A DNA stretch of 64,000 nt, taken from positions 1-64,000 of the forward strand of contig JBHLKM010000006.1 in assembly GCA_048886685.1 (NCBI GenBank). Direction: 5' to 3'. A program made the translations under genes and the position numbers. The stretch comes from Candidatus Hodarchaeota archaeon. GTDB taxonomy: Archaea > Asgardarchaeota > Lokiarchaeia > Sigyniarchaeales > SOKP01. Positions 38,696 through 50,050 of the stretch are shown piece after piece. The notes under the pieces were generated by a model. That model ran no database searches. It was not told the DNA's origin and was given only the letters and a program-made list of their open reading frames with translations. How positions within the stretch are numbered: position 1 is the stretch's first letter; each line of letters opens with the position of its first letter.

Positions 38696-40561
38696 TTAGA
38701 AAGTTCCTTCTGTTTGTTTCGACTTGATTTCTTCCATAAACTCATATGATTGATGCCTAAAATATGTATTATATAACCTTGCATAATATCCGTTTTTTTG
38801 TAAAAGAGATTCATGATTGCCCTCCTCTACAATCTTTCCGTGATCTAGTACGATTATCCTATCTACATGTCTAACCGTTGTAAGTCTATGAGCAATCACA
38901 ATAGTGGTTCGTCCTTGCATCACTCTTTCCATTGCTTCTTGAATCTGCAGTTCTGTAAAAGGATCTACAGATGCCGTAGCTTCATCTAATATTAATATAG
39001 AGGGATTCTGCAATAAGACCCTTGCGAATACAATTAATTGTCGTTGTCCCATTGACAAGACTTTTCCTCTTTCTAAGATAAATGTTTCAATCCCATTATC
39101 AAGACGTCGAACCCACTCCATGCCACCTGATTGTTCTAGAGCCCATATTACATCTTCTCTTGTTGCATCTGGTGACCCATATTTAACATTATTCTCAATC
39201 GTGTCTGCCCAAAGGAAAGGGACTTGGGGTATAAATCCAACTGATCTCCTAAATTCTGAAAGTGAAATGTCTCGTATACTATGACTATCTATACGAACGT
39301 CTCCAGACTGAAACTCATATAAACGTAATAAAACTTTAGTTAAACTAGACTTACCCGCTCCAGTATGCCCTACAATAGCTACAGTTTCTCCTGGTTGAAT
39401 TTCTAAATTAAAATCTTCAAAAACAGGCTGTCCTGTTACATATTCAAATTTTAAATCTTCGAACTCTATTTTTCCTTTTATTGAATCTAAAACATGATCT
39501 CCTTGCTTAATATAAGATTGAGAATCTTGAAGAGCAAAGATTCTTTCTGCAGCTGCTAATCCTTCTTGGAATTGAGGCCAAAAACTTGCAATTTGAAGCA
39601 AAGGTTGGAAAAGTATTAAAGAACTCTGAAGAAACAGAAAGATAACTGAACCAGTTAACTCTCCTTGGATAATAAAATTGCCCCCAAAAAAGATGAGCAA
39701 CGCATATAATATAGCTATAAGGAAATCTAAGCTTGGAAAAAGAATAGATAAATATAAAGCCCTACTCATATTCACTCTATATGATTGATTATTGATTGCC
39801 TCAAAATTTTTGAATTGGCTGGATTCTTGACGAAAACTTTTTATTATTTGAATTCCTGCCATTGATTCCTGTACAAATGCATTCACTTGTGCTAGAGAGC
39901 GTTGACCATACATAGATTTCTTTCTTGAAACCTTGCGAAAAGAGAGTGTGAACGCAAATACAATGGGAACCATTATCATAAATATTCCTGTTAATATGGG
40001 ACTTATGAAGATCATAGGGATAATTACAATTATTAACATTAAAAATGAGGCAATTAATTCCGTAAACATGGTAATAGAACCTCCAAACTTCTGCCCATCT
40101 GAATTTATTCTACTTACTATTCTCCCTGTTGGATATTTATCAAAAAAAGAGAGATCCTGTTCGAGAACTCTCAAATTTGTTTGCCTACGTAAATTGTAAC
40201 ATACACCATAAACCATACAATTTGCAGTTCGCCTGTTTACATAGTTAAAAAAGTAACCTAATGAATTTATGATAAAGGTGGAGAAAATAAACATAACTAA
40301 AATGAAGGGATCTGAATGTAATTCAAGGTTACTAATGATCAGAGTCATAAAAAAAGGAGTTAATCCATAAGTAAATGATGAGAGGACTAAGAAGATAATT
40401 ACAATTATCATTGAACGTTTATAAGGTTTAAATAATTTTACAACTCTTGAAACTAATTCTCTATCTGAATAGATTCTATCATACCCTTCTTCATCTAATC
40501 CAAAATATCCCATTCTTCCTCCCCCTCTTCCTCCCATTCCTCCTCCTATTCTTCCAGCCAT
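38696..40561 (-). CDS. ABC exporter subunit (TMD+NBD) of a heterodimer
   Basis: GHTGAGKS, degenerate signature LSMGQRQ, ILILDEAT, IAHRL. Confidence 0.93.
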   Translation of the reverse strand: MAGRIGGGMGGRGGGRMGYFGLDEEGYDRIYSDRELVSRVVKLFKPYKRSMIIVIIFLVLSSFTYGLTPFFMTLIISNLELHSDPFILVMFIFSTFIINSLGYFFNYVNRRTANCMVYGVCYNLRRQTNLRVLEQDLSFFDKYPTGRIVSRINSDGQKFGGSITMFTELIASFLMLIIVIIPMIFISPILTGIFMIMVPIVFAFTLSFRKVSRKKSMYGQRSLAQVNAFVQESMAGIQIIKSFRQESSQFKNFEAINNQSYRVNMSRALYLSILFPSLDFLIAILYALLIFFGGNFIIQGELTGSVIFLFLQSSLILFQPLLQIASFWPQFQEGLAAAERIFALQDSQSYIKQGDHVLDSIKGKIEFEDLKFEYVTGQPVFEDFNLEIQPGETVAIVGHTGAGKSSLTKVLLRLYEFQSGDVRIDSHSIRDISLSEFRRSVGFIPQVPFLWADTIENNVKYGSPDATREDVIWALEQSGGMEWVRRLDNGIETFILERGKVLSMGQRQLIVFARVLLQNPSILILDEATASVDPFTELQIQEAMERVMQGRTTIVIAHRLTTVRHVDRIIVLDHGKIVEEGNHESLLQKNGYYARLYNTYFRHQSYEFMEEIKSKQTEGTF

Positions 40562-40567
40562 TTTTAA

Positions 40568-42400
40568 TTAATCCCCTCCTAAGAGTTCATTTAATGATTT
40601 ATCAAAACGCTTAATGAAGATTTTTTGATATTCTTTTGAATTATGTAGTAAATACTCATGTGATCCTTGATTAACAATTTCTCCTTGGTTTAAAACTAGT
40701 ATTAAGTCCGCCCATCTAATCTGAGAAAGTCTATGTGTTATAATAAAGGTAGTTCTTCCCTTTAAAATCTTGAAAATCGCCTTCTGAATTCTTTCTTCAG
40801 TTTCTGAGTCTATTGCGGAGCTTGAATCATCTAAAATTAAAATTTTTGGTTCTGTAAGAAAAGCACGAGCAATCGCAACTCGTTGACGTTCTCCCCCACT
40901 TAGTTGTACACCTCTTTCTCCTACTTCTGTTTCATACATGTCTGGCAAATCTTTTATAAATTGGTGAGCCTGTGCTTCTCGAGCAACAGCTATTACTTGT
41001 TCCTCGGATGTTTCTCTTCCAAACGAGATGTTGTCAAAAAGTGAATCAGAAAAGATAAAAATATCTTGTTCAATGTAAGCGATTTGGTCGCGAAGAGATT
41101 GCAAAGAATAGTTTCTAATATCAATTCCATCTACTAAAATTCGACCGCTATCAACATCATAAAGGCGAGAAATCAATTTAGTAAGGGTAGTTTTACCGGA
41201 TCCGGTAGTTCCTACTATTGCCACAGTCTGTCCTTCTGAAACTTCAAAATTAATATTTTTTAATACATTATTTTGAGTACCGGGGTAAGAGAATGTAACA
41301 TCTTCAAATTTTATCGTCCCTCCTATTTCTTTAGATATCGCATCATCAGGATCATAAATTTCTGATTTCTTATTCATTATTTCTAATAGTCTGTCTGCAC
41401 CAACCATCGCTTCTTTTGCCATTAGAAATGACCTTATTGAAGCATTAACTGGAAATCGTAATCGTAATAATAATCCTACTAACCCAACAATATTACCAAT
41501 AGGCATTATCTCTCTATCATAAAATATACTTATTGTTAATCCTAGAGTAACGGTAACTGAAAGAAATAAGATTGGAAGATATTTTGCTTGTATATCTCCT
41601 TGTTCAATACCTGCATCTCGATAACTTAGAGCACTATCTTTATATTTTTCAACACTATCTTCTTCCTGAGCCATAGATTTTACCACTTCGATACCACTTA
41701 GAGATTCATTTAAAATAGTATTCATGAAACCAAAGGCAATTCTCCGGGCTATTGTTGGGGGTGCTAACTTCTGAAGAAATTTTCTCAGATAAAGAATGAA
41801 TATAACACTAAATGTGATTGGGATTAACATTAATTCAAGTCTATATTCGATCCCTATTAATAAAGTTGGCATAATTAGATTAATGGCTGCATCCAAAATC
41901 ATAGCTAACGCTGGTGATATTAAAAAATTTAGAAATCTTACATCGTTCGTTGCTCTTGCCATTATGTCTCCTATTCTTTGATTATCATGAAATGATTGGC
42001 TTTTACCTAATAAACTTAAATAAAATTCTCTGCGTACATCTCTCTCTATTCTTTGTGCAACGATTTCCCGAAACGTTCTTGCTAATAATCCCGCAAATGG
42101 AGTTCCCAATCCAATAAATAATACTAGAAATGTATAGCCAACTACTTGGTCAGAGGGGCCACCTGGCTTGAAAGCATCAATCGCCTTTCCGAATACAATA
42201 GAAATGTACGAACCAAAAAACGATGTTAAAATAATTAAAGTGAAAAATAAAGCCATTAAATATTTATTCGACTTATATAAAATATGCTTTATTACCCAAC
42301 GTCTTACTCCCTTGCGTCTAGCTTTTAAAAAGTCATCCTTTTCGAAGATAAACTCTGATCCATTTGTAAAACTTTGAGAATGGAAATTCTGATTTTTCAA
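40568..42400 (-). CDS. ABC exporter subunit (TMD+NBD) with degenerate Walker B
   Basis: GTTGSGKT, LSGGERQR, ILILDDSS (E to D); TM287/288-type heterodimer pattern. Confidence 0.93.
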   Translation of the reverse strand: MKNQNFHSQSFTNGSEFIFEKDDFLKARRKGVRRWVIKHILYKSNKYLMALFFTLIILTSFFGSYISIVFGKAIDAFKPGGPSDQVVGYTFLVLFIGLGTPFAGLLARTFREIVAQRIERDVRREFYLSLLGKSQSFHDNQRIGDIMARATNDVRFLNFLISPALAMILDAAINLIMPTLLIGIEYRLELMLIPITFSVIFILYLRKFLQKLAPPTIARRIAFGFMNTILNESLSGIEVVKSMAQEEDSVEKYKDSALSYRDAGIEQGDIQAKYLPILFLSVTVTLGLTISIFYDREIMPIGNIVGLVGLLLRLRFPVNASIRSFLMAKEAMVGADRLLEIMNKKSEIYDPDDAISKEIGGTIKFEDVTFSYPGTQNNVLKNINFEVSEGQTVAIVGTTGSGKTTLTKLISRLYDVDSGRILVDGIDIRNYSLQSLRDQIAYIEQDIFIFSDSLFDNISFGRETSEEQVIAVAREAQAHQFIKDLPDMYETEVGERGVQLSGGERQRVAIARAFLTEPKILILDDSSSAIDSETEERIQKAIFKILKGRTTFIITHRLSQIRWADLILVLNQGEIVNQGSHEYLLHNSKEYQKIFIKRFDKSLNELLGGD

Positions 42401-42593
42401 AAAGTAATATCCTCAGATAAACTAAATTTAAAACAAATTATAATAGGTAAAGAAAAGAAGAAAATAAGTTTTTCGATTAGCCAAAAAAGATTAGTCATTT
42501 GTTGAAGAATTAATATTTCGAATTCCGCAAGATTTAACATTGAATGTAACTCTTACATACATAATTTTTATTCGATATTTTGGAATTTAAATT

Positions 42594-43586
42594 ATGGTTT
42601 CTGTATTAATAACAGGGGGTACCGGCTTCATAGGAACAGCCCTGGTAAAAAGACTTCATGAATTAGGTCATAAGTTGAAATTGCTTGTTAGAGAGACAAG
42701 TGATATTACCCCCTTTGAAGGACTTAATAATGTTGAGTTTGTTATAGGCGATGTTCGAGATAAAGATAGTTTAAACGGTGTTGTAAATGGAGTTGAAACA
42801 ATCTATCATCTCGCAGCGTATACAGGGATATGGGCAAAGAATAAATCAATCTACTATGATATTAATGTCAAAGGAACTGAAAATATGTTAAATATTGCCC
42901 TCGAACAAGAAATTAAAATGTTTTACATAAGTTCTTTTACAGCTTTAGGACCAACTTCTTCAGAACCGGTTGATGAATCTTACGAAAATGAAAATTTTTG
43001 TATGGAATATGAAAGATCCAAATGTGAAGCGAAAAGGTTAGTAAAAGAATATATACCCAAAGGATTAAAAGTAACATCTTTTTATCCAGGAATAGTATAT
43101 GGTCCAGGAGACTTTAATATTTTTGGTCGAATGCTTTATGATATAATGAGGGGAAAAATTCTCCCCTTAGGTCTTTGTCCTGGTAAAGGAGAATCTATAG
43201 CATGTTTCTCATATTTAAATGATGTTGTTGACTGTTTAGTAAACGTAGTTAACAATGAAGAGCTATACGGAGAGGATTTTATTCTTGGGGGAGAAAATGT
43301 AAAATTTGTAGAATATCTTAATCTAATTGCTAAAATTGCTAGAGACAAAAAGGTTAAGAAAATTCCGATGTGGATTGCTAAAGTATACGCTTGGTTATTG
43401 GAAATTAAAGCAAGAATCACTAAAAAAACACCCTTCCTAACTCGGGATGCATTAAATGCGATAAAATATCATCGGTCTTATTCATCAGAAAAAGCTGTTA
43501 AAAAATTAAACTATAAAATCACGCCCTTAAGGGAAGGATTGGAAGAAACTATAAATTGGTATAAGAATTATTCAGAATCCAATTAA
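42594..43586 (+). CDS. Extended SDR, NAD-dependent epimerase/dehydratase (DFR-like)
   Basis: TGGTGFIG, HLAA, YERSK, VYGPGD. Confidence 0.9.
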   Translation: MVSVLITGGTGFIGTALVKRLHELGHKLKLLVRETSDITPFEGLNNVEFVIGDVRDKDSLNGVVNGVETIYHLAAYTGIWAKNKSIYYDINVKGTENMLNIALEQEIKMFYISSFTALGPTSSEPVDESYENENFCMEYERSKCEAKRLVKEYIPKGLKVTSFYPGIVYGPGDFNIFGRMLYDIMRGKILPLGLCPGKGESIACFSYLNDVVDCLVNVVNNEELYGEDFILGGENVKFVEYLNLIAKIARDKKVKKIPMWIAKVYAWLLEIKARITKKTPFLTRDALNAIKYHRSYSSEKAVKKLNYKITPLREGLEETINWYKNYSESN

Positions 43587-43607
43587 ATCAAAAAAAAATT
43601 GGTAATA

Positions 43608-45107
43608 ATGAAGTTAGATATTTTAGATAAGTATACTGGAGAATTAATAGATTCTCTTGAAGCAGACACAGAGGAAACAATAAAAGAAAAGATAAAAAGG
43701 ACATCTCAATGGGAATATAAACTCTTAAACACGTCTCTCGATGAAAGGCTTGATACCATAAAAGATATAGCCAATGTTTTACTTAAAGACAAGGAAAAAA
43801 TCAAAGAAATTATAGTTAGAGAAGGAGGTCTTCCCATTAAATATTCTGAATGGGAATTCCAAATGATAACAAAGGCATATAACAATATTGATTGGTTGCT
43901 TGAAAGTGGAGTATTTCCTCTTAATGATGAAATAATTCCAGATCTTGATCGAAATAAAACATCTGTAATAAAAAAGCAACCAATGGGATTAACCATTGGA
44001 ATAACACCTCGGAACACTCCCATGAGTTTACCTATGTACTTTTGGGGAGCAAGTTTTTTAACTGGAAATCCTGCAATAATAAAACCCTCTACAGCATGTC
44101 CTTTAACGATGAAATATTGCATAGACCGAATTAATGAAAGCGATTTTCCTTTTAATGATGCTTATGATCTAGTCATAAGTCCGGGTGATTTTGCTACAAG
44201 AGTATTTATTGAATCAAATTTAGTTAAAAACATCGTTTGTGTAGCAGCTTCACACACAGCAAAGCAAATTTTAATAGATTACTCAGATTTCTTAAAAAAA
44301 AATATTCAAAAATATCTAGGCGTTAATATGATAACTCAACCTTTTAAAAATTTCGTATTCGAATGCGCAGGCAATGATGCTGGAATTGTTATGCCTGGTG
44401 TCAATTTAGAGTTAGTAGCTAAATGGAATATTATCGCTTCCTATACAAATTCAGGACAACAATGCTTTTCTATGAAAAGAATAATAGTTCATGAGGATAT
44501 CTATGATGAGTACATTGAATTACTGCAAAAAGAGATAGAAAAATTGAAGATGGGTGATCCCCGAGACCCTGAAACTGACTTGGGACCTCTCGGATCGCGT
44601 CGAATTTTGATGATGATGGAACTAATGGTTAATGAAGCCCAAGAACATAAAGGAGTAAAAATATTATGTGGGGCTGAAAAGATTGATACAGGAAAAAGTT
44701 ATGGTCTCTTTTACAAACCAACATTGGTTGAAATTCCAAGAGAAAACATCCTTGATTTTAATAAAGCCCCCTTCTTATGGCGTGAAGAAGCTTTTGGGCC
44801 TGTCAGGAGTATTACAAAAGCCAATAGTCTCGAAGATACAATTTTTCTTGCGAATCATTCCAATTATGGTATGAGAGCTGTTGTATATACCCCTCCTGAG
44901 CATATAGAAAAATTTTCTAGAGAATTACAAGCAGGGAGTTTATATATAAATTCAGAACCTATGCAAGCTACTATTAGTACAGCATTAGGAGGGTGGAAAG
45001 ATAGTTCATATCCTCCCGGAATAAAATATTACCCTCAAGAAATGGTTCAAACCAAGATTATATATAATAGTTCAACCAATATGGCAAAGAAACTCTTTAA
45101 TTCTTAG
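43608..45107 (+). CDS. Aldehyde dehydrogenase family protein
   Basis: ITPRNTP, IIKPS, FECAGND (catalytic Glu), SGQQC (catalytic Cys), EEAFGPV. Confidence 0.9.
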   Translation: MKLDILDKYTGELIDSLEADTEETIKEKIKRTSQWEYKLLNTSLDERLDTIKDIANVLLKDKEKIKEIIVREGGLPIKYSEWEFQMITKAYNNIDWLLESGVFPLNDEIIPDLDRNKTSVIKKQPMGLTIGITPRNTPMSLPMYFWGASFLTGNPAIIKPSTACPLTMKYCIDRINESDFPFNDAYDLVISPGDFATRVFIESNLVKNIVCVAASHTAKQILIDYSDFLKKNIQKYLGVNMITQPFKNFVFECAGNDAGIVMPGVNLELVAKWNIIASYTNSGQQCFSMKRIIVHEDIYDEYIELLQKEIEKLKMGDPRDPETDLGPLGSRRILMMMELMVNEAQEHKGVKILCGAEKIDTGKSYGLFYKPTLVEIPRENILDFNKAPFLWREEAFGPVRSITKANSLEDTIFLANHSNYGMRAVVYTPPEHIEKFSRELQAGSLYINSEPMQATISTALGGWKDSSYPPGIKYYPQEMVQTKIIYNSSTNMAKKLFNS

Positions 45108-45853
45108 ATCAACTTAGTTAACTCCCTTAAATTTTCAATTATTTTAACATTCTTGGAGGCTATATCTAAGATCTTCTCATTTATTAATGATTTCTCAGTG
45201 CTATAATCATACAATAATTCATCTTCAGGATTTATTATACGTCGAATTAAAATAGGATGTATTTTTGCATTCATCGCTGCTGTCATATCATCTTTCGTAT
45301 CTCCAACATAACAAACTTCATAAGGTTTTAAATTAGTTTGTTCGAGAGCAAATGAGAAGATCAATGGATCTGGTTTTTTAATACCAACTTCACTAGAAAT
45401 TATGATGGAATCGAAAAAATGTTTAAGTTTAAGGCTAGATAATATGGAATAAATATGAGGAGGGTGATCAAAATTGGATACTAATGCAAGAGTTTTACTC
45501 TTTTTTAGAGTGTTTAACATAGGGATTGCATCTGGATCTAATGGCACGTATTTTTGCCAAGCATTTACAGCATCATTTGCAATTCTTCTTATTTCTTCAA
45601 GTTCTATTTCTAAATTTAATTCAATACTAAAAGTATAAATTCTTTGTTCAAAAATAGTTAAATTTAGTTTATTATAATTTGGTATAGGTTTTTTCATAAA
45701 ACCATTACATTTCATAGCGAAAGATTTTTTTATTTCATTCAAACCAAACTTCTTGAAGTTTTCATACAGAACTAACAACCAATCTTCCCAGGCTTTCCGG
45801 CTATTAGTGTATATCAATAAAGTGCCAAAAAGATCGAAAAAAATCCCTCGCAT
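45104..45853 (-). CDS. HAD-superfamily hydrolase
   Basis: FFDLFGTL, VSN, KPDP, VGD...D. Confidence 0.88.
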   Translation of the reverse strand: MRGIFFDLFGTLLIYTNSRKAWEDWLLVLYENFKKFGLNEIKKSFAMKCNGFMKKPIPNYNKLNLTIFEQRIYTFSIELNLEIELEEIRRIANDAVNAWQKYVPLDPDAIPMLNTLKKSKTLALVSNFDHPPHIYSILSSLKLKHFFDSIIISSEVGIKKPDPLIFSFALEQTNLKPYEVCYVGDTKDDMTAAMNAKIHPILIRRIINPEDELLYDYSTEKSLINEKILDIASKNVKIIENLRELTKLI

Positions 45854-45960
45854 GACAAAAGTGTCTTTATTGTGTTAATTAGAATATTTTCATAAACAAA
45901 GCAAGATTTATATTTTTTCTCAACTGATTTAGATCTAATAAAAATAAAGTGTAGAAAACA

Positions 45961-47391
45961 ATGAATAAAGAAGATATTTGCTATATGCCTGCTTATGTAA
46001 TGATAGAAAGAATTAAAACACAAGAATTAACCTCCCTTGAAATCACCGAAACAATAATCGAAAGAATCGAAAAGATTAACCCAATATTGAATGCATATTG
46101 TACAACAACATTCGATCTTGCAAGAGAAATGGCAGAAAAAGCTGATGATTCAGTAAAAAAAGGTAAGAAATTAGGATTACTAAATGGAATCCCTACCTCA
46201 ATTAAAGATTTAATGCAGACTAAGGGCATTCTAACAACATATGGTTCGAAATTATATGAAAATTTCATACCTGAACAAAACGATGTTACAGTCCAAAGGT
46301 TGATAGATTCTGGATGTGTTATGCTTGGTAAGACAAATACACCTGAATTTGGTCATATCGCATTAACTAACAATAAACTCTTTGGAGAAACAAAAAACCC
46401 ATGGAATATAGAGATGAACTCAGGAGGTTCTAGTGGAGGTGCTGCTTCATCTGTTGCTGCTGGCTTAGGACCCCTAGCTTTGGGTTCTGATGGTGGAGGT
46501 TCAATAAGAGTTCCCAGTAGCTGCTGTGGTGTCTACGGGTTAAAACCTACTTTTGGGCGCATTCCAAGTCATCCCCGTATTGGTATAAATTTTCTAACGA
46601 TGGATCACTATGGACCCATTGTCCGTTATGTAAAAGATGCTGCTTTAATGCTGAATGCCATGAAGGGATATCATCCCGGGGATCCTAATTCATTCCCAGA
46701 TGATGATATTGATTATTTTGAAATCTTAAATGAAAAACCTAGAAATTTGAAAATAGGTTATTCAACCACATTAGGATTCGGAAAAATACTAGATGAAGAA
46801 ATCAAAAATAATGTTCTCGATCAAGTTCATATGTTTGAACAATTTGAATGGGAAGTAGAAGAAGCAAACATTAAAATAAGAAATCCTGAATCAGCGTTTA
46901 AAACCCAGGTTAGCGTAGGTTATGCATATGACTTTCAAAAAGACTTTAAGAATAGACTTGAGGATCTCAGCCCAGATTTAATTGCTACTATAAAATTAGG
47001 GTTAGATAATAGCGCTATGAATTTTGGAAAAGCAAGAGAAAAAAGAAAACAACTGAATGATATACTATCCCGATTTTTTATGGAATATGATCTTCTGGTT
47101 ACTCCAACTATTCCATGTCCTGCTTTTAAGCCAGGATGGTTAGATACAGGGACAACTTTTCCAACAATAGGTAAAAAAACTTTGAGTATTATGACTTGGA
47201 TGACATTCACATACCCATTTAACATGGCTGGTCTACCTGCTGCCTCAATCCCATCAGGTTGGACTAAATCTGGATTACCAATTGGAATGCAGATTGTCGG
47301 TAAGCGTTATAACGATAAAACAGTTCTTCAAGCTTCGAATGCTTTTGAAGAAATAGCACCTTGGCAAGATAAAAGACCAAAATTAAATTGA
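45961..47391 (+). CDS. Amidase signature family protein
   Basis: SIKD, GKTNTPEF, GGSSGGAASSVA, GSDGGGSIRVP, GLPIGMQIVG. Confidence 0.92.
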   Translation: MNKEDICYMPAYVMIERIKTQELTSLEITETIIERIEKINPILNAYCTTTFDLAREMAEKADDSVKKGKKLGLLNGIPTSIKDLMQTKGILTTYGSKLYENFIPEQNDVTVQRLIDSGCVMLGKTNTPEFGHIALTNNKLFGETKNPWNIEMNSGGSSGGAASSVAAGLGPLALGSDGGGSIRVPSSCCGVYGLKPTFGRIPSHPRIGINFLTMDHYGPIVRYVKDAALMLNAMKGYHPGDPNSFPDDDIDYFEILNEKPRNLKIGYSTTLGFGKILDEEIKNNVLDQVHMFEQFEWEVEEANIKIRNPESAFKTQVSVGYAYDFQKDFKNRLEDLSPDLIATIKLGLDNSAMNFGKAREKRKQLNDILSRFFMEYDLLVTPTIPCPAFKPGWLDTGTTFPTIGKKTLSIMTWMTFTYPFNMAGLPAASIPSGWTKSGLPIGMQIVGKRYNDKTVLQASNAFEEIAPWQDKRPKLN

Positions 47392-47430
47392 ATTCAAATT
47401 TATTAACTTAATTTCTTTTTTTTAAAGAGC

Positions 47431-48519
47431 TTATAACTTGGAAGTAGTAATAAATGAAGAATCTCCAATGGTAATGCTTTTTTTAATTAAATCTTCTAAA
47501 ATAGAATAATCACCAATAATACTCTCTGAAGAAATAATTTTTCTTAAGTTAGCACCATCACCAATAACACAATCTGATAAGATACATTTTTTCAAAATTA
47601 CATTATCTCCAATTGATACATTGGGACCGATAACTGAATCTGATAATTTTGTGCCTTTTCCAATGAATACAGGAGGGACAATTTTAGTATCAATTATACT
47701 TCCAGATTGTATTAGTTTTTCATATATTGGATCATGTATTTTTATCTCGGAAAGTAAAAGTCTATTTCCTGCTAATAGACTTTCCGGCCTTCCAAAATCT
47801 AATATCTCTCTTTTCATTTCATTGATCTTAAATTTAAATCCCTCTTCAATGAGTTGTTGAATAATTGGTGTAATTGTATGTTCTTGACCATTTTCTAAAG
47901 GAATTTTGCTTTGGGTCTCTAATAATTCAAATAATCGTGGAGTGCAACTTATTCCAAAAAGATAAGCTCCAGATACGGCATAATTAGATTTAGGCTTTTT
48001 GGGTTTTTCAACAATATTTCTAACAATCCCACTTTTATCTGATTCAATAACACCGTAATACTCGGGATTATCCACTTGTCTCACATTTATTATTCCATCA
48101 CATATATCTTGATGAAAATTTAATAAGATTTGAGAATAATCTTCCATAGGTAGCCGATCACTAAGAAATATGAAGCAGTCATCATTTTTTGCGAAATCTC
48201 TTGCTAATAATATTGCATCCCCAAGACCACTAAAGAAGGGTGCATCTGCCTCATATCCAAGAGGTTTTTGTTCAATAAAATGGAGATTGAAATAATCTGA
48301 ATGTATTTTTTTAAGGTATTCTGTTATTAGTCTTTTTTTATATCCAACAATAAAACAAATATCAGTTCCTTCTGGAAAAGAATTCTTCAACTTAATTAGT
48401 ATATGATCAATTAACCGTTTCCCTGCTATTTTAAGAAAAGCCTTAGGTTTAGAATAAGTAAATGGCTGCAATCTTTTTCCTACGCCAGCGATAGGGCAAA
48501 TTAGCCACATATATTTCAA
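47431..48519 (-). CDS. Sugar-1-phosphate nucleotidyltransferase with left-handed beta-helix (glucose-1-P thymidylyltransferase-like)
   Basis: AGVGKRLQP..YSKPK, IVEKP, DFG, hexapeptide repeats IGPNVSIG. Confidence 0.88.
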   Translation of the reverse strand: MKYMWLICPIAGVGKRLQPFTYSKPKAFLKIAGKRLIDHILIKLKNSFPEGTDICFIVGYKKRLITEYLKKIHSDYFNLHFIEQKPLGYEADAPFFSGLGDAILLARDFAKNDDCFIFLSDRLPMEDYSQILLNFHQDICDGIINVRQVDNPEYYGVIESDKSGIVRNIVEKPKKPKSNYAVSGAYLFGISCTPRLFELLETQSKIPLENGQEHTITPIIQQLIEEGFKFKINEMKREILDFGRPESLLAGNRLLLSEIKIHDPIYEKLIQSGSIIDTKIVPPVFIGKGTKLSDSVIGPNVSIGDNVILKKCILSDCVIGDGANLRKIISSESIIGDYSILEDLIKKSITIGDSSFITTSKL

Positions 48520-48592
48520 AAAGGTGTAATTAATAATATAAAAAATATAAAAATGTATGAAATTTAAACTATTTTGAATTTTACTTGAAGGT

Positions 48593-49138
48593 TTAAAATA
48601 AGTTTAATATTTTATCCAAAATCTCATAATATTTTGATTCAATTAACCTCTCTTTGATATTGCCTTTTAATTTTCTTAAATAATAATTGTCTGAATTAGT
48701 TCTTGTTGTTCCATGTATTTTTTTATTAAGGGCAATACGAATTTTTTCATCTAAAAATTTTGGGGGAATTTTTTTGTATTCTTCCATTAAACTCTTCTTA
48801 TCACTAATATTAATAGATTTAGCTCTAAGTTCAGCTTCATATTCAATACTTGAATACAAATTTGTTATCCAAGTTTCAATTTTTTCAATGTCACCTTTTA
48901 AATATGTTCTCTGGTTAAGCCATTCTTTGAATTCAATGACTTTTTGTAAGAATTTATCACTTTCCAATGCTTCTGTTGATTTTTGATCCCCCTTCTCACC
49001 AATACTACGAATTTTTTTTTTCTTAAGTTCTTTAACTTCATCCTCAGAAAGGCTTTTATAAGCTTTTTCTCTTCTCAATTTTTCTTCTTTTGAATCTTTC
49101 GTAGAGAGCCATTTATCAATTGACATTGCTTTTCTCAT
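48593..49138 (-). CDS. Hypothetical helical protein
   Basis: 181-aa charged ORF; no motif recognised. Confidence 0.7.
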   Translation of the reverse strand: MRKAMSIDKWLSTKDSKEEKLRREKAYKSLSEDEVKELKKKKIRSIGEKGDQKSTEALESDKFLQKVIEFKEWLNQRTYLKGDIEKIETWITNLYSSIEYEAELRAKSINISDKKSLMEEYKKIPPKFLDEKIRIALNKKIHGTTRTNSDNYYLRKLKGNIKERLIESKYYEILDKILNLF

Positions 49139-49265
49139 TACTATTTAATCTCATAGTTAATAATTTGTTTTTTATTAAGTATTTAACAGAAACGAAAGGT
49201 ACAACATTTACAATTTAATTCAGATAAATTAAAATTGAGATTCGATTTTTAATATAATTAACATA

Positions 49266-50036
49266 ATGTCGATTAAAGGAATTATTTTTGACTTTGGTTT
49301 TACATTATTTTATTTTGACAATCCCTCTGTGGAACGATATATTGAATGTTTTAAAAATGGCTTATTGAAATCCATTGAATTGTTGAAAGAAAAGCAAGTT
49401 TGGAATTATAAAATATCAGATGAATTGTTTGTAAAGGAATTTTCTAAGAAACGAGAACAATACTGGAGAGAGAGTAGAAAAACTAAGAAAGAATTTCCAA
49501 CTGCCTTAATTTATAAAGAGGTGCTAGAATCGCTACAAGAAGAGAATTTGGTTAATAAAATTGATCACCTACATGAAGATACATATCATACATTAGCTGA
49601 AATTTATCATTCTTTTGAGCAAGAAGAATGGAAGCCCTTTCCTAATACGAGAGAAACATTAGAAATATTGTCAAAATATGAAGATATTAAGCTAGCAGTT
49701 TTATCTAATCATCCCAGCCATACAATGGTTGAAAATTCATTAAAAGAATATGATCTTTTTACATACTTCGATGCTGTTGTAACTTCTGCTGAATTTGGGA
49801 AAAGAAAACCTGATCCAGAGATCTTTTTTTATACCCTCGAAAAAATGGGGTTGACAGTAAATAATGAATGTCTTGTATGTGGAGATGAATATGCTGATGT
49901 TGTAGGGGCTGATAGAGCAGGTATGCAAACCATTCTCTGCGAAAGAAAATATAAATTTCCTTTTGAAAGAGAGCTAGACATACCAGAATTAATAAGAATT
50001 GGTAATATTTCTGAAATTTTAGATTATTTGGACTGA
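49266..50036 (+). CDS. HAD-superfamily hydrolase
   Basis: IIFDFGFTL, VLSN, KPDP, GD..ADV.GA..AGM. Confidence 0.88.
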   Translation: MSIKGIIFDFGFTLFYFDNPSVERYIECFKNGLLKSIELLKEKQVWNYKISDELFVKEFSKKREQYWRESRKTKKEFPTALIYKEVLESLQEENLVNKIDHLHEDTYHTLAEIYHSFEQEEWKPFPNTRETLEILSKYEDIKLAVLSNHPSHTMVENSLKEYDLFTYFDAVVTSAEFGKRKPDPEIFFYTLEKMGLTVNNECLVCGDEYADVVGADRAGMQTILCERKYKFPFERELDIPELIRIGNISEILDYLD

Positions 50037-50050
50037 TAAACAAGTTAGAA

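Noticed and set aside
38696-42400. Degenerate ABC motifs as a sign of pseudogenisation
   Set aside because: One degenerate nucleotide-binding site is normal for heterodimeric exporters
45961-47391. GatA (Glu-tRNA amidotransferase subunit A)
   Set aside because: Generic amidase signature only; no gatB/gatC nearby and no GatA-specific motifs recognised
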